Shown piece after piece: positions 46,620 to 54,616 of a stretch of 64,000 nucleotides of DNA (position 1 is its first letter; each line of letters begins with the position of its first letter). This stretch comes from an uncultured Solirubrobacterales bacterium (GTDB lineage: Bacteria > Actinomycetota > Thermoleophilia > Solirubrobacterales > Solirubrobacteraceae): the NCBI GenBank assembly GCA_963744245.1, contig CAVUST010000002.1, positions 5,891-69,890 of the forward strand, in the 5' to 3' direction. Below the pieces are notes generated by a model. It did no database searches, was not told the origin of the DNA, and worked only from the letters and a program-made list of their open reading frames with translations. The translations under genes and the position numbers were made by a program.

Positions 46620-46699
46620 TTTTCTTGTTTGCGCGTCACTCTTGATTGCAGTCGCGCCGTCCGCCGGTGCTCCCAGGGGGTCCGCGTCGCTTGGCATCC

Positions 46700-47030
46700 T
46701 GGGGGGATGGAAGAATCTGGACATCCCCCGTTATCGCGACAACGAGGGCTCGCGCTTCTACAGGGCGGGCCGCTCCTCGCCCGAGGAGACATGGCAGGCT
46801 CTCGGGGACGAGCTGGGACGCGTTCTCGATGATGCGGAGGGGGCCTTTTGGCGCAAGCCGCTGCGCATGGACACAGAGCGCGTGCGGTGGTGGCACGGTG
46901 CGATCTTCGCTCGTCACTTTCCCCACGATGGTGGGCGCTTCCGCCAAGAGCGGGCGTTCTTTGGCGTGGTGATGCCGAGCGGCGGGATGCGGCAGTTGGA
47001 GGGGGTTGCCCCCGAGGTATTCTCAAGGCA
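46700..47030 (+). pseudogene. Fic/DOC-like N-terminal fragment
   Basis: RWWHGAIF...GGRFRQ; no HPFxxGNGR catalytic motif follows. Confidence 0.5.
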
Positions 47031-47740
47031 TGAAAAATGGTGCTCGTCCTCCATACCAAGGACTCGATCGTGCCCATACCGTGTGTGGGGACCGCCTCGT
47101 TGAGACCACACCGGAGGTCAATCGCGAAGTTGCCGAAAGCGCGATGCTGCTCTCCCAGGGCGCCCGTCGCGCGATCGAGATGAAGCGCGCAGCCAACAAC
47201 GCAAGCACGGACCCAACGGTGCCCGCTACTCCAGCGGCAGCCGAAGCGCGCCCCTCCTGAGCGCAAGCAAGCACCCGCGTCAACCGACGTCCACCGCTGG
47301 CGCCGCCATCAGCGCGTGGTTTGCGCACAGAGAAGTTTCGCCCATCGGCCCTGACGGTGGTCGAACCGACAGTATTGAAAACGTCGGTTCGATCGCGTCG
47401 CGGGCGTCTATGCGGACTTCCTCGGTCAGTTCTTGTTTCGCCCATATAACCCGGCTCCATGCGGCGTCGCGGATCGCTCGTAGTCACCGCCTGAGAGTTT
47501 TTCGAGGCGTTGATTTGGCCCCAGGCCGACTTCCCACGAGAAGGACGTCGGGGCTTCGGAGGACCGCAGCTGCAGTAGCGTCGTCGCGCCGAGGGCGTCG
47601 GGGCGCACGATCGTGTCGGTCGCGTCTGAGGCGCCCGCGAGTTCGCTGGCGTGGCATTCGAGCGTCTGGCCTGCTCGCTGAGGGCGGCAATGCGAGGCGC
47701 CCATAATCCGATCTCCGAACAAGCCCGATGTAGTCTTGGC

Positions 47741-48028
47741 TCAGAGCTTGTCGATGGCTCGGTGCAGGTCGCGGCGGTCGATGACTCGCGCTACCAGATA
47801 GCGCGAGTCGGCCTCGCCGGTGAGTGCGCGGTAGAGCACGCGATGCTCACCGGCGCGCAGGCGCCTCCACGGAGCGTGTCCGGCGACTGGTTTGATGTCG
47901 AGGTTCGCGGCGTCTGCCGCGAGAGCCTCGAAAGCCTGTCGTACCCGCCTGCGGGTCGCAGGGTCCAAGCGCTTCAGGTCTCGGCTTGCGCGTGGCGCAA
48001 GCGTGATGTTGCTCAGAAAGCCCGTCAT
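47741..48028 (-). CDS. RelE/ParE-family toxin
   Basis: ASRDLKRLD..DIKPVAG..WRRLRAGEHRVLY..VIDRRD. Confidence 0.88.
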   Translation of the reverse strand: MTGFLSNITLAPRASRDLKRLDPATRRRVRQAFEALAADAANLDIKPVAGHAPWRRLRAGEHRVLYRALTGEADSRYLVARVIDRRDLHRAIDKL

Positions 48029-48055
48029 CGACGACGAACCGCCTGTCCGCAGCCT

Positions 48056-48331
48056 CTATTGCGCTGTGTCTTGCGCGTCCAGTTCCGCGAACACATCAGC
48101 GGCTGAGCGCGTTTGGCCTGCTGCCAACGCCTGATCTGCGGCGGCCATGTCCTCGGCGAAACTGGGGACCTTCGAGAGTAGATAGTCCTCGAGATCCTGG
48201 GCGTCAATCGGCACCAGCGCAGCGACGGGCTCACCATGCCTTGTGACCAAGGCGGTGTGCTTGGACTCGGCGACATCAGTAATGACGCCACTGGTATTGC
48301 GTTGCAGATCACGAATGCTGACAGTGCTCAT
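48056..48331 (-). CDS. Phd/YefM-family antitoxin
   Basis: MSTVSIRDLQRN..VTRHGEPVAALVP. Confidence 0.9.
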   Translation of the reverse strand: MSTVSIRDLQRNTSGVITDVAESKHTALVTRHGEPVAALVPIDAQDLEDYLLSKVPSFAEDMAAADQALAAGQTRSAADVFAELDAQDTAQ

Positions 48332-48619
48332 TGGGCGCCTTTGCCTTCCCGGGATGATGTCCGACAAGTATACGTACATTCTGTGCAGCGTCAAGGCCTG
48401 GCGTCCAGCGCAGCCAACCTGTGTCTCAGCCGACCCCAACGGCTGGAGCCACTATCACCGCCTGGTTTGCGCGCCGACAAGTTTCGCCCATGAAACCCGA
48501 CTCAATGCGAACTGCGGGTACGCGGAAAGTCGCTCAGATCGACGAGTTGCCTGTTCAGGCCTTGGTCGCTCTCTCGACCTTCCCGACTCGTCCAGAGCCA
48601 CAAACGAGACCGGCGCGGC

Positions 48620-49357
48620 TCAGTCCGGGTACTCGTCCTTGCGGAAGCTGCGAGGCTCGTCGGACTGGGGCTTGGGCGTGCGGTCGAGCAGGAAGTTGAA
48701 GTATGGCGCGACGAACGGGTCGGGCGCCCTCACCGTGTAGGTGTGGTAGACGGTCCCGTTCTCGCGCGCGAAGGCGATCCAGGCCGGGGCCTCGCGCAGC
48801 CCGTCCTTCAGCTCGGCGCCGATCTGGTGCGACCACTCGACCAGCCAATCGGGCGGATTGTCGACCATCTCCTTGATTTGGGGAACGTGTTGCGCCTGCT
48901 CCTCGGTCAGCGCGAGCTCGAAGTCGAAGGGGAACTCGGTGTTGCAGGTGGACACGTAGGGAAACTCCCAGCCCATCCGCTCCTTGTAGGCCGTAAGCCG
49001 CTCGATCGGCGCCCGCGAGAAGCACAGCAGCGTCACGTCGCGGTGGTTGAGGTGGACGAGCGACCCGTCGAGGCCGTCGCCGAGGGACGTGCACCCGGGA
49101 CACGCGCCGCCCGAGTAGTCGGGGCCGAACATGATGTTATAGGCCAGGAGCTGGGAGCGGCCGTCGAAGAGCTCGGCGAGCGTCTTCTTTCCGTCTTCGG
49201 TGTCGAACTCGTACTCCTTCTCCACACGGACCCAGGGCAGCGCCCGTCGCTTCTCCTTGATCTTCTCGTTGCGGTCTGCCTGCTCGGCCTCGAGCTTCGC
49301 GAGCTCGTCACGAGCCGCCTGCCATTCCTTCCGCGTTCCGATTCGCTGGTCAGCCAT
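48620..49357 (-). CDS. DUF899 thioredoxin-like protein
   Basis: EWQAARDEL, RRALPWV, LAELFDGRSQL and CPGC. Confidence 0.9.
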   Translation of the reverse strand: MADQRIGTRKEWQAARDELAKLEAEQADRNEKIKEKRRALPWVRVEKEYEFDTEDGKKTLAELFDGRSQLLAYNIMFGPDYSGGACPGCTSLGDGLDGSLVHLNHRDVTLLCFSRAPIERLTAYKERMGWEFPYVSTCNTEFPFDFELALTEEQAQHVPQIKEMVDNPPDWLVEWSHQIGAELKDGLREAPAWIAFARENGTVYHTYTVRAPDPFVAPYFNFLLDRTPKPQSDEPRSFRKDEYPD

Positions 49358-50099
49358 TGTGCCTCCCTGTCTCCTCGTACTCATCATGTCGGCGAATCCA
49401 CAACGGCGTCGAGGCGCTCTCGTCGCGTCCCTTCGGCGTCCGGTCCAGCAGGCCGTAGTAGGCCATTGCGGGCTCGAGGCCACGGGCGCTCGTCACGTAG
49501 GTCCGGTAGACGGTCCCGTCCGACAGCGCGTACACGCTCAGGCCCGGCCCCTCGGAGACGTACCCCGCCGCGTCTGTCCCGCACATGCGCGCGTTCTGCT
49601 CGACGGTGGCCGGGATCTCGCCTGCAAGGAACGGCTTCAGCTCAGCCTCTGTGTGCAGGAAGCCGAGGTCGCGGTTGAAGTCGCTGCCGCCGCTCGAGAC
49701 CCAGTCGATGCCCCAGCCCATCCGCTCCCTGAAGGCGAGCAGCCTCTGCAGCGGCGCGCGGGAGGCGAGCAGCAGAGTGGTGTCCCTGGCCTTCAGGTGG
49801 ACGACCTGGGGGTCGAGTGTGTCCGCGATCGAGGAGCAGACCGGGCAGCCTGCCTCGTAGGGCGGCCCGAACATGAAGTGGTAGACGAGCAGCTGGGAGC
49901 GGCCGTCGAAGAGCTCGGCGAGCGTCTTCGTGCCATCCTCGGTCTCGAACCGGTAGCCCTTCTCGACTGGGACCCAGGGCAGTTCGCGCCTCTTGCGGAC
50001 CAGCTCGTCGCCGCGGCGGGTGAGCTCCTTCTCCTGCGTCAGCAGCTCGTCGCGCTCCGCCTGCCACTCATGCTGCGTGGCGATCCTGTGTTCGGCCAT
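49350..50099 (-). CDS. DUF899 thioredoxin-like protein
   Basis: EWQAERDELL, RRELPWV, LFDGRSQLLVYHFMFGP and CPVC. Confidence 0.9.
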   Translation of the reverse strand: MAEHRIATQHEWQAERDELLTQEKELTRRGDELVRKRRELPWVPVEKGYRFETEDGTKTLAELFDGRSQLLVYHFMFGPPYEAGCPVCSSIADTLDPQVVHLKARDTTLLLASRAPLQRLLAFRERMGWGIDWVSSGGSDFNRDLGFLHTEAELKPFLAGEIPATVEQNARMCGTDAAGYVSEGPGLSVYALSDGTVYRTYVTSARGLEPAMAYYGLLDRTPKGRDESASTPLWIRRHDEYEETGRHNG

Positions 50100-50192
50100 G
50101 ACTCCCATGATGTCTCGTTTCTCCCAAAGGGCCTATACCCGACGCGACCATACCTCAGACGCGCCGCGAGAAAAGTTACAGAGAGGTGGCAT

Positions 50193-51083
50193 TCACTTCC
50201 CCTTCATCGGAGCCATTGCACGCCCCGGCATGCTTCCGCTTACGCGGTGCATCGCGGGCATCGTGCGCATCGCTGCCCCGGCCTGCGGCGAGTCGGGCAG
50301 CGTGAGACCCGGGACGTGCCGTGGCGCGAGGGCAACGCCGAGCCCGAGCACGACCAGCGTGATGGCGATGAGGCGGTTCGCGACGTCCTTGCGGGGCAGC
50401 AGCTTCTCGACTGCGATCAGGCCCGCGATGGCGACCATCCAGGTCAGGCTCATCACGCCGAGGGCAAACAGTGCGGCCATCAATCCCCAGCAGCAGCCGA
50501 CGCACCATGCGCCGTGCACCATGCCCATGCGGAGCGCTCCCGCGGGCCCGTCACGCCAGTGGGTGAGCACGAAGTCAAGCGGTCCGCGGCAGCGGCGCAG
50601 GCAAGCATCCTTGATGGGAGTGAGCTGGTAGGTCGCAGCCGCCAGGAGCACCCCGCCGGCGAGATAGGGTCCGCCGCGATGCCACGACAGCTCGGGGATC
50701 GAGAGCGAGCGCACGCCAACATAGAGGCCGTACGCCAGCAGCCCGAACGCTGTCCATGCCAGGAGATATCCGCCGACGAACACCCACGAGGAGACAGCGC
50801 GATCCACCGACCCGCGATCGCGTCGGCGGCGCTGGACGAACCCAAACGCGAGCACCATCGGCACGATCGAGGGAAACATCATCGCGCTCGTCATCACCAC
50901 CCACGACACGACGTAGAAGCCGAGACTCCCGGGGTCCGTGCCGGGACCGGCATCCATGCCCAGCATGCGTTCGTGCGTCAAGAGCCAGGCAAGGGCGGCC
51001 AGCCCGAGCAGCGACGCGAGGACGCCGACTTGAAACCGCGCGGCCGGACGTTGCGCGGCGGGATGCTGCACGGCGGATGCCAT
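50193..51083 (-). CDS. DUF2182 predicted metal-binding membrane protein
   Basis: WVVMTSAMMFPS, YQLTPIKDACLRRC and CVGCCWGLM. Confidence 0.9.
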   Translation of the reverse strand: MASAVQHPAAQRPAARFQVGVLASLLGLAALAWLLTHERMLGMDAGPGTDPGSLGFYVVSWVVMTSAMMFPSIVPMVLAFGFVQRRRRDRGSVDRAVSSWVFVGGYLLAWTAFGLLAYGLYVGVRSLSIPELSWHRGGPYLAGGVLLAAATYQLTPIKDACLRRCRGPLDFVLTHWRDGPAGALRMGMVHGAWCVGCCWGLMAALFALGVMSLTWMVAIAGLIAVEKLLPRKDVANRLIAITLVVLGLGVALAPRHVPGLTLPDSPQAGAAMRTMPAMHRVSGSMPGRAMAPMKGK

Positions 51084-51169
51084 TGCACATCGACCGTAAC
51101 GCAAGAGCGTCGGCCGGGCAACCCCAAGCCATCGAGGATGAGTAGCTGAGCTGCTCATCCCAGTCGTCG

Positions 51170-51250
51170 CGCCGAGCTGCGCCGCTTGCGCGGGCACCCA
51201 GTTCGATCAGCGCGTCGTCGATGCGTTCCTCGCGAGGCTCGGGCGCGAGG
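51170..51250 (+). pseudogene. HD-GYP C-terminal remnant
   Basis: CAGTQFDQRVVDAFL with no upstream gene body. Confidence 0.5.
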
Positions 51251-51317
51251 GTGACCGCGCCGAGGTGGCGCTCGCCATCGCCGACACGGCTACCGATCTA
51301 CTCGTCATCGCCACGGC

Positions 51318-51980
51318 CTACTCCTCGATCAGCCGCCGGTGCACCGCCCAGCGGGTCAGCTCGTGGCGGCTGGAGAGCTGGAGCTTGCGCAGAACCGCGG
51401 AGACGTGCGCCTCGACGGTCTTCGCCGAGATGCCGAGCTGGGCGGCGATCTCCTTGTACATGTATCCACGCGCGATGTGCTGGAGCACCTCGCGCTCGCG
51501 CGGCGTGAGCAGATCGAGCTCCGGGTCGACCTGCGCGACCGGGATCTCACCGGCGAAGGCGTCGAGCACGAAGCCCGCCAGGCGCGGCGAGAAGACGGCG
51601 TCGCCGTCGCGCACGCGGCACACGGCGTCGGTGAGCTCGGGCCCGGAGATCGTCTTAGTCACGTAGCCGCGCGCGCCCGCGCGGATCAGCGCGATCACGT
51701 CCTCGGCGGCGTCGCTGACCGACAGCGCGAGAAAGCGAACGGCCGGGCGACTCTCGCCGAGCCGCCGGATCACCTCCGCGCCACCGCCCCCCGGCATGTG
51801 GACGTCCAGCAGCACGACGTCGGGCTCGAGCTCCTCGATCGCACGCACCGCGTCTCGCACCTCGCCGCTCTCGGCCACGACCTCGACCCGCGGTCCGAGG
51901 CTCGTGCGCACCCCGGCGCGGAACAGGTCGTGATCGTCGACGATCACGACCCGTGCGACCGATCCCGATGCGTCGCTCAC
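51318..51980 (-). CDS. NarL/LuxR-family response regulator
   Basis: VVIVDDHDLFR, LLDVHMP and LTPREREVL..KTVEAHVSAVLRKL. Confidence 0.92.
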   Translation of the reverse strand: MSDASGSVARVVIVDDHDLFRAGVRTSLGPRVEVVAESGEVRDAVRAIEELEPDVVLLDVHMPGGGGAEVIRRLGESRPAVRFLALSVSDAAEDVIALIRAGARGYVTKTISGPELTDAVCRVRDGDAVFSPRLAGFVLDAFAGEIPVAQVDPELDLLTPREREVLQHIARGYMYKEIAAQLGISAKTVEAHVSAVLRKLQLSSRHELTRWAVHRRLIEE

Positions 51981-52035
51981 GGCCGATCCCCGAGCGATCT
52001 CCGGGCCCGCCCTGCGGCCGGTCTGACACTCACCC

Positions 52036-53088
52036 TCACCGACGGCGCTCGCGATCGATCGCGATCTCGACCTCTGTACCCCCGTCCGGCAGGGCATGCA
52101 CCGTCGCGCTGCCGCCGGCACGACGCATGCGTCCGACGATCGACTCGCGCACGCCGCGTCTGCCCGGCGGCACACCCGCCGGGTCAAAGCCGGCGCCACG
52201 ATCGCGGACGAACACCTCGACGCGCTCGTCGGTGAGCTCGGCGTACACGGACACCGGCGCCTGCCCGGCGAACTTCGCGGCGTTGAGCATCGCCTCGCGA
52301 GCGGCGCCGAGGACGGCGCCGGCGGGCTCGTCCAGCGGGCAGTCACCGACGGCCACGACCTCGACGACCGTGCCGCCCGCCGCAGCCTCCACTTCGGCGG
52401 CGGCTGTCTCCAGGGCGACGGCGAGCCGCTCACCGTGCTCGCGCGAGTCTCCTCCGGCCAGCCAGCCGCGCAGCTCGCGCTCTTGCCGGCGGGCAAGCGC
52501 CGCCACCCGCTGCGGGTCCTCGGCGCTGCGCTGGATCAGCGCGAGCGTCTGCAGCACCGAGTCGTGCAGGTGCGCCCCGACGTCGGCACGCTCCTGGGAG
52601 CGAACCCGCTCGGTCCGCTCGGCCGCGAGGCTGCGCGCCAGACGACGCCAGGAGGGGGCGAAGATCAAAGCGAGCGCGATCAGCACGGCGAGGCCCGCGA
52701 GCACCGTTTCGCCGGCCGGCCGCAACGCCCCGTTGGCCCACAGAAACGCAAAGCCACCGGCGAGCACGAGCGTTACGCCGAGCCCACCGCGGCTCACTTC
52801 GGGCCGTCCGAGCACGCGCACCCGCGCGGATGGCTCGCGCGGGGGCACGGCAGGCGAGGGCTCGGGCGGGCGATGGGCAGCCCAGCCGCGACGGCGCGCG
52901 GGCGGGACGCCGGACGCCCGCCAAAGCAAGAGGGCGCCCAGCGCGGCGACCGCGGCCGGCCAGACGATCGCGTCTCCCGGCCAGGGCCCCGCCGCGCGCA
53001 CGAACAGCAGGCCGCTCACGACCAGCAGGCCCGCGCCGATCGCGATTCTCATACCGCCGCGCGGCCGGTGCGCCGGGTGGTAGGACAT
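52036..53088 (-). CDS. Membrane sensor histidine kinase of the PspC-associated type
   Basis: AHLHDSVLQTL, AREAMLNAAK, RDRGAGF and GVRESIVGRM. Confidence 0.9.
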   Translation of the reverse strand: MSYHPAHRPRGGMRIAIGAGLLVVSGLLFVRAAGPWPGDAIVWPAAVAALGALLLWRASGVPPARRRGWAAHRPPEPSPAVPPREPSARVRVLGRPEVSRGGLGVTLVLAGGFAFLWANGALRPAGETVLAGLAVLIALALIFAPSWRRLARSLAAERTERVRSQERADVGAHLHDSVLQTLALIQRSAEDPQRVAALARRQERELRGWLAGGDSREHGERLAVALETAAAEVEAAAGGTVVEVVAVGDCPLDEPAGAVLGAAREAMLNAAKFAGQAPVSVYAELTDERVEVFVRDRGAGFDPAGVPPGRRGVRESIVGRMRRAGGSATVHALPDGGTEVEIAIDRERRR

Positions 53089-53102
53089 CGCCGCTCATCA
53101 TC

Positions 53103-53291
53103 TCAGCCGCGACCCCGGCCACGCCCGAGGAGGCCACTGACGAGCAGGATCGCCCCCAGCGCGCCTACGAGCACGGGCGCCATGTAGGCAAAACGGAGGT
53201 CGATCGTGCCATTCGCGTCGAGCACGAGCAGCACGCCCAGCGCGAAGACGGCGACGCCCGTCAGCAGGACGGTGACGTTCGGCGAGCGCAT
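53103..53291 (-). CDS. Small two-TM membrane protein
   Basis: 62-aa hydrophobic ORF coupled within the psp operon. Confidence 0.6.
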   Translation of the reverse strand: MRSPNVTVLLTGVAVFALGVLLVLDANGTIDLRFAYMAPVLVGALGAILLVSGLLGRGRGRG

Positions 53292-54442
53292 CAGCGGATC
53301 GCCCCCGCCGGGAGATCGCAGGCTTCGTTGGCGCCGAGCTCACCTGTGTGTGAGTGAGTGCCGAACCAGCCACCCCCGCGGTACCAGCCGCGTTCGATCG
53401 GGTGGTCGGCCACGAGCAGCACGCCGAGCCCGACGTCCCCGTCCAGCACCAGTCGCGGCGTGTGCAGGGGAGGCGAAGGACGTTCGGACCAGTCCACGTC
53501 GAGGCCTCCGGACCTCTGTTCGAGCGCCCCGGCATAACCGCCGCCGATCTGCGCGCTGGTCGCGACGCAGACGTCGCGGGGCACCAGGACGACGAGCGCG
53601 CCCGCGCCCAGCTGGACGTGCAGATGGGTGTCGCCCGGCGGGAACGCGACCCCACGCAGGTCGACTTCCAGGCGACCCGCTCCAAGCCGGTAGTCGTGGC
53701 GCACTTCGCTCAGGAGGTGCGGGCGATAGGTGCGTTCGCCCACGCCGCCGTGCAGGTCGACGTGGGCCGCGGCGATCACCGCCACCGACACCACGAACGC
53801 GACGGCCGGTAGCACCAGCCGGCGAGCCCGGCCCGTGAACGCGCTCAGCACGAGCGCCGCGCCGATCGCGACCACCACCCACGCGGCGAGGCGCCCGTCG
53901 ATGCCCGCAAGCCACGCGCCCGCCACCGCGAACAGGACCGACCAGATGGCGATGGCCGCTACGAGCGCGAGCCAGCCGAGCAGCCGGCGATCGGCGCTCG
54001 CGCGCCCCGCATCACCGGCGGGCCGGCGCAGCCGCAGCCAAACCAGGGCGGCGATGCTCCCCGCCAGCACGAGCGACCCAATTCCCACACCGAACCCCCA
54101 CGCGCCGCGACGTCCCGCGTGGCCGGCTGCATGGAGGGCGATCCCCACCGCCACGACCACCACGACGATGCCGAGCACGCTCAGCCAGGACGAGCGGCCA
54201 AGCCGGATCGGCGCCCGGCCAGCTCCCTCCTCCGGCGTCAACAACAGGATCGCGAGGTACAGCGCGATTCCCACTCCGGAGAAGACCGCGAGCGCCACGA
54301 ACACGATCCGAAACAGGATCGGATCGACGTCGAAGTGAGCCCCCAGCCCGCTGCACACGCCGCCAAGCAGGCGCCCGCGCCGTGTGCGGACGAGCCGGGG
54401 GCGGCGGGGGCGCTGCTCGCGCCCGCCCTCAGCGCTGGACAT
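53291..54442 (-). CDS. PspC domain-containing protein with LiaF-like C-terminus
   Basis: LVRTRRGRLLGGVCSGLGAHFDVDPILFR and YRLGAGRLEVDL. Confidence 0.88.
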   Translation of the reverse strand: MSSAEGGREQRPRRPRLVRTRRGRLLGGVCSGLGAHFDVDPILFRIVFVALAVFSGVGIALYLAILLLTPEEGAGRAPIRLGRSSWLSVLGIVVVVVAVGIALHAAGHAGRRGAWGFGVGIGSLVLAGSIAALVWLRLRRPAGDAGRASADRRLLGWLALVAAIAIWSVLFAVAGAWLAGIDGRLAAWVVVAIGAALVLSAFTGRARRLVLPAVAFVVSVAVIAAAHVDLHGGVGERTYRPHLLSEVRHDYRLGAGRLEVDLRGVAFPPGDTHLHVQLGAGALVVLVPRDVCVATSAQIGGGYAGALEQRSGGLDVDWSERPSPPLHTPRLVLDGDVGLGVLLVADHPIERGWYRGGGWFGTHSHTGELGANEACDLPAGAIR

Positions 54443-54616
54443 CGACTGCGCCGCGGGTGACTGCGCGGAGATCGGTGATCGTCTCGAACATGGGCACAGT
54501 CTCGCCCCGCGGCGGTGCCCGCGCAATTGGGGATGTCCCTTACTCGTGCCTGGCTTCGCATCGCGCGCGGAGCGGGGTCGCTCGGCACTGCGACGGTCTG
54601 CTGACGAGCGCCGGCG

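Larger units (their letters stand above)
42890..46620. mobile_element. Mini genomic island at tRNA-Ala, no integrase
   Basis: 15-bp direct repeat CCGACTAGCTCCATT (tRNA 3' end) at 42890-42904 and 46606-46620. Confidence 0.75.

Noticed and set aside
52122-52133. 12-bp palindrome GACGCATGCGTC as another member of the leuS palindrome class
   Set aside because: It has only 6-bp arms, encodes conserved kinase sequence, and is expected by chance.
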